Positions 22,858 through 31,468 of a stretch of 64,000 nucleotides of DNA are shown one piece after another. The DNA is taken from positions 2,593,791 through 2,657,790 of the forward strand of contig NW_005202428.1 in assembly GCF_000372725.1 (NCBI RefSeq), given 5' to 3'. Below the pieces are notes generated by a model. The model was given only the letters and a program-made list of their open reading frames with translations. It made no database searches and was not told the origin of the DNA. The translations under genes were made by a program, and so were the position numbers. Position 1 is the first letter of the stretch; each line of letters starts with the position of its first letter. The stretch is from Emiliania huxleyi CCMP1516. Taxonomy: Eukaryota.

Positions 22858-23699
22858 CGCCACGGCCTCTTCATGTCCCAGCGACTGGCGAGGGTCTCCG
22901 GCGCGGGCCACTGCGTCTGCCTCGCCCGCCGTGTTTCGCAAACCTCACGCGAGCCAACTGCGCGGCGACGCCAAGCTCTCCCGCCCGAGGGGGCCGCGCC
23001 TCGCTCCAGTGGGCGCGCCCCCGTGCTCCGGGTTGCGCTTGGGGCAAGTCTGGAAGTGCTCTATGGCTTGCTCTCCAGTCGTGACCGGCGTGCCGAGTGG
23101 ATCGGCAGGGTCGGGGTGGGACCTGGCGCCGTGGAGCGTTGGATCGGCGGCAGCCAGTCGCCTGCCTCCGATCCCGCGCTCCTGCGGCCACCGCCGCGGC
23201 GCGAGTCTGACGCGTGGCAGGGGCCTGCCGTGGAAGCCTTGCCTTGGGGTTGACTCACGCGCTCCTGCGCTGAGGGTTCTCGCCTGAGAGCTCGAGGAGG
23301 CGCGCGCAGCAGCCGCCGGCCCGCCTCTCAGTTTGCACGCCGCCCAGCGAGTAGAGTACACAGAGTGCCTCTCGCTCTGTCGTCAGTTCCCGAACTCACG
23401 GTTATCACATGCACATGCACATGCACGTAAAGGGCAAAGCCGCGTACCGTACAGTGGGTAGTATTACACATTTTTTGAAGAGTTTCAGTTAACATCAAGG
23501 TGTTGCAGTGAAGAGTGATGCGAGTTGCGACACTGCGTGTCAATTTAATCTTTTCCCCTTTAGGAAGTTTAGCCTTTTCCCTCTTCGCACACACTGGTGT
23601 CGGTCCCCAGAGGCTCCAGCGTCCACCCGCCGGGACGGGACCCCCAGCCCGTGTGTGCAGTGTAGAGCGCGCTTTCCTGCGTGCCACAAGGCTGTGTGC

Positions 23700-23702
<3 letters not shown>

Positions 23703-23780
<78 letters not shown>
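23703..23780. repeat. (GT)n microsatellite abutting the left inverted-repeat arm
   Basis: About 39 GT units. Confidence 0.98.
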
Positions 23781-23781
<1 letters not shown>

Positions 23782-25610
23782 ATACATCGAGATCCTCTGC
23801 GGGACACCAGTAGATTTGTACATTTGTTTGTTGAGTGGAGATCGTAGATGCCGATCAGAGATCTTCCACACACAGCATCTCTCACAAAACTCAGAGTCCT
23901 TTAACTGAAGATAGAGATCTTGAGCTGCCGCCATCGTCACCTCGAGATCTCAGGCCGGAGACGGAGATGTTGACTTCGCGCCAAAGGCGCCTCGAGATCT
24001 CAGGCCGGAGACGGAGATGTTGACTTCGCGCCAAAGGCGCCTCGAGAATCGTGTGGCCGACTGGAGATTGCAAAATGGCGCGAAAAGAGGGGGGAGATCC
24101 GCTTGAAGGTGTGAAAGGAAAAGAGCACCCCCTTGGAAGGACGTCGATCCCCCCCCCTGACACGCCTCCCCCACGAGATTGGAGCAGATTGGAGATTGGA
24201 GACAGGAGATGGAGATCGGAGACCGCGCCTCCTTGTTATGAGCGCGCCGCGATGGAGCTCACCTCGTTAGTCTCTGGCATGACCGAGTTCGCCGCGAACC
24301 TGTATCCTCTAAAGACCGAGGAGGAGCTCGTGGCGCTCCTGAGTGGCATGCACCACTTCCCACCTGGCGTGCCTGAGCGTGCCCGTCGCGTCCATGAGCG
24401 GCTGCCCGCCGGGTCGGCACTCTGCTCCTCTGACGTCGGCGTGCTGATTGACCGGCTCGACACGGAGGGAGGCCTTGGCGGGTTGCACAAGCATCTCGCG
24501 CACACAAGGAGGACCCTCTACATTTCGTTCCGAGCACCAACACGGAGGCCGCGGAGCAGGCGTGTCGAGCCGCCCTCTCGCCCTGCACGCGTTGCCCCCT
24601 TGTCACATGTGATGTGCATGCACATGTGCATGTGCAAATCCGCCTGTATAGGCCTTCGTCTTTCTCGCTCGCTCGAAGCACATCTTCCGCCACAACGTGC
24701 CACATGAATGAGGCGTCCTCCCCCCCCCTCCCTCCCCCCCCCCACACACACACACAAAATTATTTGTTGATGGCAGCGCGAACCACACGATAACGCCCCC
24801 AGTTCGGCGTACACAGTCATAGACCGCGCGCGCAGCGCGCTCCGTGTTTGCATACCGCCCTGGCGGACTCGTTTACACTTCCTAGCTCAAGCCAGGCGCC
24901 CCGCAGGCCATAAAGAGGAGCGCAGATTAAAATGGCGCCGCAGGCTCCCCGGGCCGTCCGCGCACCAGTAACCTTTAAAAAACAAAAAGATCATCACAGC
25001 GGCCTCTGTGATCTCCAATCTCCAATCTCCAATCTCGATCTCCAATCTCGATCTCCAAACAATCTACCAAGCCAGACTGCTACTGCCTGCGATCTACTAC
25101 TCTCTTGCAGAGATCTCGATTACTCCCACACAGCCATCCACATGGCCACACCCTCGAGCCGGGCATCTGATCGGCTAACCATCTGCCCGCGCGCATCGAG
25201 GGAACCAAAGGCCTTCATGTACACTTGCGACCGGATCTCGGCGGGCTGATCGGCAAGGTGGTGGGTCGGCCCGACTCCGATCCGAAGGAACGTGGGAGCC
25301 TCGACGGCCATGCCGTCCTTCTCGCCCTTCACCACGTGGTCGACCTTCGCCAGGGTCTGTGCGACGGCTTCGACCTTGTGGCGGAACCCGTCGCGTGGCG
25401 CCCCTGAGGCCTTGCTCCAGATCACCGACAGCTCGTCTCCGCCAGTGCGGTACACCACCCCCTTCATCTCCTCGGTACTAGCCTCCTTCACCACCGAGCT
25501 CAGCAGAGCGGCGTAGTGGTGGAGCGCGCCATCGCCTGCGACGTGGTCGATGGTGTCGTTCACGCCCTTGAAGCCCTGGATGTCGATCGAGAAGAACGCT
25601 GGATCGATGC
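23781..25610 (-). repeat. Left arm of ~1.8-kb inverted repeat (TIR element copy plus GGDEF gene fragment)
   Basis: Reverse complement of 29691-31468 at near identity. The ORF track shows mirrored translations (e.g. 24932+ vs 30372-, 24051+ vs 31254-). Confidence 0.97.
25120..25610 (-). pseudogene. Third, 5'-truncated copy of the GGDEF domain
   Basis: IDPAFFSIDIQGFKGVND...GGDEL...MAVWE*; lacks ankyrins and the DGLTKLLN helix; one-codon indel (DQPAEI vs DQAETEI). Confidence 0.85.
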
Positions 25611-25730
25611 AGATTTTTTGTCGTTTTGTGGAATAGACAAGGTACACATTTTCTACAACATGCACATGCACACGCACATGCTGCACATGTCACATGCAAT
25701 GAGTAATCGTCTGGCAGGTACAGGTCGCTG

Positions 25731-27158
25731 TCACAGCATCTCCCTTGCGCCATTGGCACTCTTGTAGCTATTGTCCTCGTTTGGCGATGGAGCGTCGTCA
25801 CACGCGCGGCACAGGCCAGCAATCATCTGCATGTCAAAGGGTGGCGGCGGCACGGACCACACGCGCACGTGCTTGCGTGCGAGCGGGTCGCGCTCGATGA
25901 GGCCGATGAGGGCGTTTGCAAAATCGGTCAACTCAAAGGCGAGCGACACCTCCGATGTGTCCACCGGCGCGCCCGCGGTCGCCGTGTTCGCGCTAGTCAC
26001 GTCGTCGCGCAGCAGGCTCGCCAGGAGGGAGCGTGCGCTCACTAGAAGGCGGCACGGTCGCTGCGCACAGTTCATCGCGGCAGACACGTGGCGCTCCACG
26101 ACACTGAAGGCATGCTCATTGAAGGCCTGGTCCTCCTCCGCCATCGCCTGCTCATCGAGCTCCTTCTGGTGGCGCCGGCGCTGATAGAGCGCGCCGACCG
26201 CCGTGGGGATGTCGAACATGCCATCCGGGTGCGGCGCCTGGGTGGGCGGCAGAAAGTTGACGGGCATCGGGCGGAAGCCCTGGTCGCCGATAATCGTGCC
26301 GCTTGGGCTGGCGAGCTTGCGGATCTCGCCGCGCAGATCCGCGTCGGGCAGATCGCGCGGGATGAGGATGTTGAGCGCGCATGAGCCTCGAAGCAACGCC
26401 TCATCCTTGCCGCCCAGCATGATTGGCAAAGTGGCAGCCGCGCTGCCCGGCGAGCGCTTCTTGCCGCCATCGATGGCGCGAACGATGGGCTGCACAAAGT
26501 TGAAGAAGTAGCCCATCGCGATGCCCGTGCCCGCCAGGCTGAGCGCGCGACGGTACTTACGCACGAGCGCCGCGACGTCCGCCTCCGGGTCATCCTCGAG
26601 CATGAAGAGACCGTTGATAAAGTGCACGGTGCCGATGATGAATGCGAGCTCGAACAGCTCGCCACGCGTAACCGGCTCCCTATAAGAGCGGAGGAGGCAG
26701 GCCAGCGCGAGCAACACGAGCGCGACAGCGGCGCGCGTCACGTCCTTGGCGCGCCGGGTGCCGAGCCCAAGCAGCGCGGCCCACGTGGCGAGCACAAAGG
26801 GCAGCAGCGTGGCCTCGAAGAGCATGAGACCGATGCTGCCCGTGAGTGCATGGAGAGCCTCATTGTCTTCCTCTGTACTGGCGCGGGGCGCCTTGCCCGC
26901 AAGCAGCCGGCCGTGCAGGGTGGCACAGTCGGTCGCACTGTCGGTCGCATTCACTTCCTGCATGGCGGCGGAAACGGCGTGCGCTGCTCCGCTCAACGCA
27001 AGCGCCGCAAACAGTGCAAAGTCGGCGATGCGCTTGGCGTCCCATTCGCCGACCGGTCGGGGCGCCTCCTTCAGCGGTGCTTTGAGCGCGTAGCATGCCC
27101 CAATTGGCACGGCGTCGTCGGCGTGTCGTGGGGGGCTGACGACGTTCATTGGTTGCAT
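25731..27158 (-). CDS. 4-TM bacterial-like STING cyclic-dinucleotide receptor
   Basis: Four hydrophobic segments, then STING motifs in the expected order: AGTGIAMGYFFNFVQPI, LNILIPRDL, FRPMPVNF, MFDIPTAVGAL, ELTDFANALIGLI..D...VRV. Intronless, 475 aa. Confidence 0.82.
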   Translation of the reverse strand: MQPMNVVSPPRHADDAVPIGACYALKAPLKEAPRPVGEWDAKRIADFALFAALALSGAAHAVSAAMQEVNATDSATDCATLHGRLLAGKAPRASTEEDNEALHALTGSIGLMLFEATLLPFVLATWAALLGLGTRRAKDVTRAAVALVLLALACLLRSYREPVTRGELFELAFIIGTVHFINGLFMLEDDPEADVAALVRKYRRALSLAGTGIAMGYFFNFVQPIVRAIDGGKKRSPGSAAATLPIMLGGKDEALLRGSCALNILIPRDLPDADLRGEIRKLASPSGTIIGDQGFRPMPVNFLPPTQAPHPDGMFDIPTAVGALYQRRRHQKELDEQAMAEEDQAFNEHAFSVVERHVSAAMNCAQRPCRLLVSARSLLASLLRDDVTSANTATAGAPVDTSEVSLAFELTDFANALIGLIERDPLARKHVRVWSVPPPPFDMQMIAGLCRACDDAPSPNEDNSYKSANGAREML

Positions 27159-27370
27159 GTATTGCGGGCCCGATCCCTACCCGCCTTGGTGGGCCACGGC
27201 CTGCGCGGGCGAGTGTTGGGATTGTTTCTTTATTTCTCTTTGCATCTCTCTCTTTTCGCGCTTTATTTCTTAAAAACAGAAATCTTGTCTACACCGCCTC
27301 TCAACGCACACATCCCCGAAGCGAAAAGAAGAAAATCGGTTGCGCTAGCAAAGGAGGCGCGGCGGATCTC
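27159..27370. promoter_or_regulatory. Putative bidirectional promoter between the STING-like and GGDEF genes
   Basis: 212-bp AT/pyrimidine-rich spacer between divergent ATGs at 27158 (-) and 27371 (+). Confidence 0.55.
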
Positions 27371-30184
27371 ATGGGCGCGTGCGGTTCACGGAGTGTCGGC
27401 GCCGATATGCAAGAGGGTGAGCAGGTCACGCAGGAAGAGGGCAGCGAGCTTTCGTACGCGTTGCCTGTCGCGCACAAAGCGAACAAGCAGGGCATCGCTC
27501 TCTGCGACGCGTGCGCCGGCACGGACGTCGAGGCTGTTCGCCAGCTGCTGGATGCGGGCGCGCCTATCGACTACTGGGACGCAGACAACATGCCACCGCT
27601 CGCATCGGTGCTAACCGCGGCGCAGTACATGATGACGGAGATGCAGCTCGAAGGCACCTCCGCCGAAGAATGCAACTTCGCTGCGCGAGAGGCCATCTTC
27701 GCGCTGCTCATCGAGAAGAGCAGTCCTGCCGTGCTGGATCAGGTGTACTCTCTGGGCGACCCGTCGGACAACCTCAGTCTCCACTCGACCGCGTTGCACA
27801 CCGCGTTCCAGGCCGGCTTCCTGGACGAGGCCAATCTGTTGATCGACCACGGCGCCTCCGGCAACATTCCAGCCAAGATGCTCCCAGACAAGGTTTTCAC
27901 AGCCATCGAGTTGGTCATGAGTTCCGGGCCGCAAAGCCCGGAGTTCTTTGACACCTCCCAGCGGATCATGTGGCGACTGGACGGGTGGACGCCGCTGCAC
28001 GCCGCTGCCGTGTGGGGCAAGACGGAGAAATTTATTGAGCTGCTCGAGGCTGGAGAGGTGGACACGCAGGCTCGCACGAAGACGCAGCAGCTGACGGCGA
28101 TGGAGCTCGCCAAGCTCGGTGGGACTGACTTCGGGACCACCGGCAAGAACATGGAGGCGGTGTTGGAGACGTGGGAGGAGCAGCGGCTGGACGGGCTGAC
28201 GAAGCTGCTGAACAAGGGAGCGTTCCTGGACGACGTAGCGAAGCTGGAAGCGCGCGGCATCGATCCAGCGTTCTTCTCGATCGACATCCAGGGCTTCAAG
28301 GGCGTGAACGACACCATCGACCACGTCGCAGGCGATGGCGCGCTCCACCACTACGCCGCTCTGCTGAGCTCGGTGGTGAAGGAGGCTAGTACCGAGGAGA
28401 TGAAGGGGGTGGTGTACCGCACTGGCGGAGACGAGCTGTCGGTGATCTGGAGCAAGGCCTCAGGGGCGCCACGCGACGGGTTCCGCCACAAGGTCGAAGC
28501 CGTCGCACAGACCCTGGCGAAGGTCGACCACGTGGTGAAGGGCGAGAAGGACGGCATGGCCGTCGAGGCTCCCACGTTCCTTCGGATCGGAGTCGGGCCG
28601 ACCCACCACCTTGCCGATCAGGCGGAGACCGAGATCCGGTCGCAAGTGTACATGAAGGCCTTTGGTTCCCTCGATGCGCGCGGGCAGATGGTTAGCCGAT
28701 CAGATGCCCGGCTCGAGGGTGTGGCCATGTGGATGGCTGTGTGGGAGGGCGGCCCGGAGGCCGCGACGCCTGCACCTGCAGAAGCGGTGGTCGTGAAGGC
28801 CACTGATGACCAGGCTGACATCGCGGTTGACGGCGCCGATATGCAAGAGGGTGAGCAGGTCACGCAGGAAGAGGGCAGCGAGCTTTCGTACGCGTTGCCT
28901 GTCGCGCACAAGACGAACAGGCAGGGCATCGCTCTCTGCGACGCGTGCGCCGGCACGGACGTCGAGGCTGTTCGCCAGCTCCTCGATGCGGGCGCGCCTA
29001 TCGACTACTGGGACGCAGACAACATGCCACCGCTCGCATCGGTGCTGACCGCGGCGCAGTACATGATGACGGAGATGCAGCTCGAAGGCACCTCCGCCGA
29101 AGAATGCAACTTCGCTGCGCGAGAGGCCATCTTCGCGCTGCTCATCGAGAAGAGCAGTCCTGCCGTGCTGGATCAGGTGTACTCTCTGGGCGACCCGTCG
29201 GACAACCTCAGTCTCCACTCGACCGCGTTGCACACCGCGTTCCAGGCCGGCTTCCTGGACGAGGCCAATCTGTTGATCGACCACGGCGCCTCCGGCAACA
29301 TTCCAGCCAAGATGCTCCCAGACAAGGTTTTCACAGCCATCGAGTTGGTCATGAGTTCCGGGCCGCAAAGCCCGGAGTTCTTTGACACCTCCCAGCGGAT
29401 CATGTGGCGACTGGACGGGTGGACGCCGCTGCACGCCGCTGCCGTGTGGGGCAAGACGGAGAAATTTATTGAGCTGCTCGAGGCTGGAGAGGTGGACACG
29501 CAGGCTCGCACGAAGACGCAGCAGCTGACGGCGATGGAGCTCGCCAAGCTCGGTGGGACTGACTTCGGGACCACCGGCAAGAACATGGAGGCGGTGTTGG
29601 AGACGTGGGAGGAGCAGCGGCTGGACGGGCTGACGAAGCTGCTGAACAAGGGAGCGTTCCTGGACGACGCAGCGAAGCTGGAAGCGCGCGGCATCGATCC
29701 AGCGTTCTTCTCGATCGACATCCAGGGCTTCAAGGGCGTGAACGACACCATCGACCACGTCGCAGGCGATGGCGCGCTCCACTACTACGCCGCTCTGCTG
29801 AGCTCGGTGGTGAAGGAGGCTAGTACCGAGGAGATGAAGGGGGTGGTGTACCGCACTGGCGGAGACGAGCTGTCGGTGATCTGGAGCAAGGCCTCAGGGG
29901 CGCCACGCGACGGGTTCCGCCACAAGGTCGAAGCCGTCGCACAGACCCTGGCGAAGGTCGACCACGTGGTGAAGGGCGAGAAGGACGGCATGGCCGTCGA
30001 GGCTCCCACGTTCCTTCGGATCGGAGTCGGGCCGACCCACCACCTTGCCGATCAGGCGGAGACCGAGATCCGGTCGCAAGTGTACATGAAGGCCTTTGGT
30101 TCCCTCGATGCGCGCGGGCAGATGGTTAGCCGATCAGATGCCCGGCTCGAGGGTGTGGCCATGTGGATGGCTGTGTGGGAGTAA
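27371..30184 (+). CDS. Tandem (ankyrin repeat-GGDEF)x2 putative diguanylate cyclase with N-myristoylation/palmitoylation motif
   Basis: N-terminal MGACGS. Ankyrins (VRQLLDAGAPID, TALHTA..LLIDHGA, GWTPLHAAA). GGDEF motifs DGLTKLLNK, IDIQGFKGVNDTIDHVAGDGAL, YRTGGDEL and RIGV. Whole unit repeated at 1434-bp offset; intronless. Confidence 0.9.
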   Translation: MGACGSRSVGADMQEGEQVTQEEGSELSYALPVAHKANKQGIALCDACAGTDVEAVRQLLDAGAPIDYWDADNMPPLASVLTAAQYMMTEMQLEGTSAEECNFAAREAIFALLIEKSSPAVLDQVYSLGDPSDNLSLHSTALHTAFQAGFLDEANLLIDHGASGNIPAKMLPDKVFTAIELVMSSGPQSPEFFDTSQRIMWRLDGWTPLHAAAVWGKTEKFIELLEAGEVDTQARTKTQQLTAMELAKLGGTDFGTTGKNMEAVLETWEEQRLDGLTKLLNKGAFLDDVAKLEARGIDPAFFSIDIQGFKGVNDTIDHVAGDGALHHYAALLSSVVKEASTEEMKGVVYRTGGDELSVIWSKASGAPRDGFRHKVEAVAQTLAKVDHVVKGEKDGMAVEAPTFLRIGVGPTHHLADQAETEIRSQVYMKAFGSLDARGQMVSRSDARLEGVAMWMAVWEGGPEAATPAPAEAVVVKATDDQADIAVDGADMQEGEQVTQEEGSELSYALPVAHKTNRQGIALCDACAGTDVEAVRQLLDAGAPIDYWDADNMPPLASVLTAAQYMMTEMQLEGTSAEECNFAAREAIFALLIEKSSPAVLDQVYSLGDPSDNLSLHSTALHTAFQAGFLDEANLLIDHGASGNIPAKMLPDKVFTAIELVMSSGPQSPEFFDTSQRIMWRLDGWTPLHAAAVWGKTEKFIELLEAGEVDTQARTKTQQLTAMELAKLGGTDFGTTGKNMEAVLETWEEQRLDGLTKLLNKGAFLDDAAKLEARGIDPAFFSIDIQGFKGVNDTIDHVAGDGALHYYAALLSSVVKEASTEEMKGVVYRTGGDELSVIWSKASGAPRDGFRHKVEAVAQTLAKVDHVVKGEKDGMAVEAPTFLRIGVGPTHHLADQAETEIRSQVYMKAFGSLDARGQMVSRSDARLEGVAMWMAVWE

Positions 30185-31468
30185 TCGAGATCTCTGCAAG
30201 AGAGTAGTAGATCGCAGGCAGTAGCAGTCTGGCTTGGTAGATTGTTTGGAGATCGAGATTGGAGATCGAGATTGGAGATTGGAGATTGGAGATCACAGAG
30301 GCCGCTGTGATGATCTTTTTGTTTTTTAAAGGTTACTGGTGCGCGGACGGCCCGGGGAGCCTGCGGCGCCATTTTAATCTGCGCTCCTCTTTATGGCCTG
30401 CGGGGCGCCTGGCTTGAGCTAGGAAGTGTAAACGAGTCCGCCAGGGCGGTATGCAAACACGGAGCGCGCTGCGCGCGCGGTCTATGACTGTGTACGCCGA
30501 ACTGGGGGCGTTATCGTGTGGTTGGCGCTGCCATCAACAAATAATTTTGTGTGTGTGTGGGGGGGGGGGAGGGAGGGGGGGGGAGGACGCCTCATTCATG
30601 TGGCACGTTGTGGCGGAAGATGTGCTTCGAGCGAGCGAGAAAGACGAAGGCCTATACAGGCGGATTTGCACATGCACATGTGCATGCACATCACATGTGA
30701 CAAGGGGGCAACGCGTGCAGGGCGAGAGGGCGGCTCGACACGCCTGCTCCGCGGCCTCCGTGTTGGTGCTCGGAACGAAATGTAGAGGGTCCTCCTTGTG
30801 TGCGCGAGATGCTTGTGCAACCCGCCAAGGCCTCCCTCCGTGTCGAGCCGGTCAATCAGCACGCCGACGTCAGAGAGGAGCAGAGTGCCGACCCGGCGGG
30901 CAGCCGCTCATGGACGCGACGGGCACGCTCAGGCACGCCAGGTGGGAAGTGGTGCATGCCACTCAGGAGCGCCACGAGCTCCTCCTCGGTCTTTAGAGGA
31001 TACAGGTTCGCGGCGAACTCGGTCATGCCAGAGACTAACGAGGTGAGCTCCATCGCGGCGCGCTCATAACAAGGAGGCGCGGTCTCCGATCTCCATCTCC
31101 TGTCTCCAATCTCCAATCTGCTCCAATCTCGTGGGGGAGGCGTGTCAGGGGGGGGGATCGACGTCCTTCCAAGGGGGTGCTCTTTTCCTTTCACACCTTC
31201 AAGCGGATCTCCCCCCTCTTTTCGCGCCATTTTGCAATCTCCAGTCGGCCACACGATTCTCGAGGCGCCTTTGGCGCGAAGTCAACATCTCCGTCTCCGG
31301 CCTGAGATCTCGAGGTGCCGATGGCGGCAGCTCAAGATCTCTATCTTCAGTTAAAGATCTCTGAGTTTTGACTTTTGTGAGAGATGCTGTGTGTGGAAGA
31401 TCTCTGATCGGCATCTACGATCTCCACTCAACAAATCTACTGGTGTCCCGCAGAGATCTCGATGTATG
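29691..31468 (+). repeat. Right arm of ~1.8-kb inverted repeat
   Basis: Reverse complement of 23781-25610. Confidence 0.97.
30184..31463. mobile_element. ~1.28-kb non-autonomous TIR element rich in GAGATC/GGAGATT motifs (second copy at ~23786-25120)
   Basis: Ends ATCGAGATCTCTGC...GCAGAGATCTCGAT, flanked by GTA on both sides; internal relic ORF (MELTSLVSG...). Confidence 0.65.

Noticed and set aside
23930..24050. Two ~49-bp direct repeats (CTCGAGATCTCAGGCCGGAGACGGAGATGTTGACTTCGCGCCAAAGGCGC) as a possible CRISPR array
   Set aside because: They are adjacent tandem copies with no spacers, single in the right arm, with no cas genes and a eukaryotic context.
25731..30184. Bacterial contamination as the source of the STING/GGDEF pair
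   Set aside because: Contiguous with eukaryotic repeats and genes with no adjacent gap, and the cyclase has an MGxCxS acylation motif. A mis-join cannot be fully excluded without reads.
23781..31468. Polinton/virophage or endogenous virus with long TIRs
   Set aside because: No pPolB, integrase, packaging ATPase or capsid motifs inside, and the arms include part of the cargo gene.
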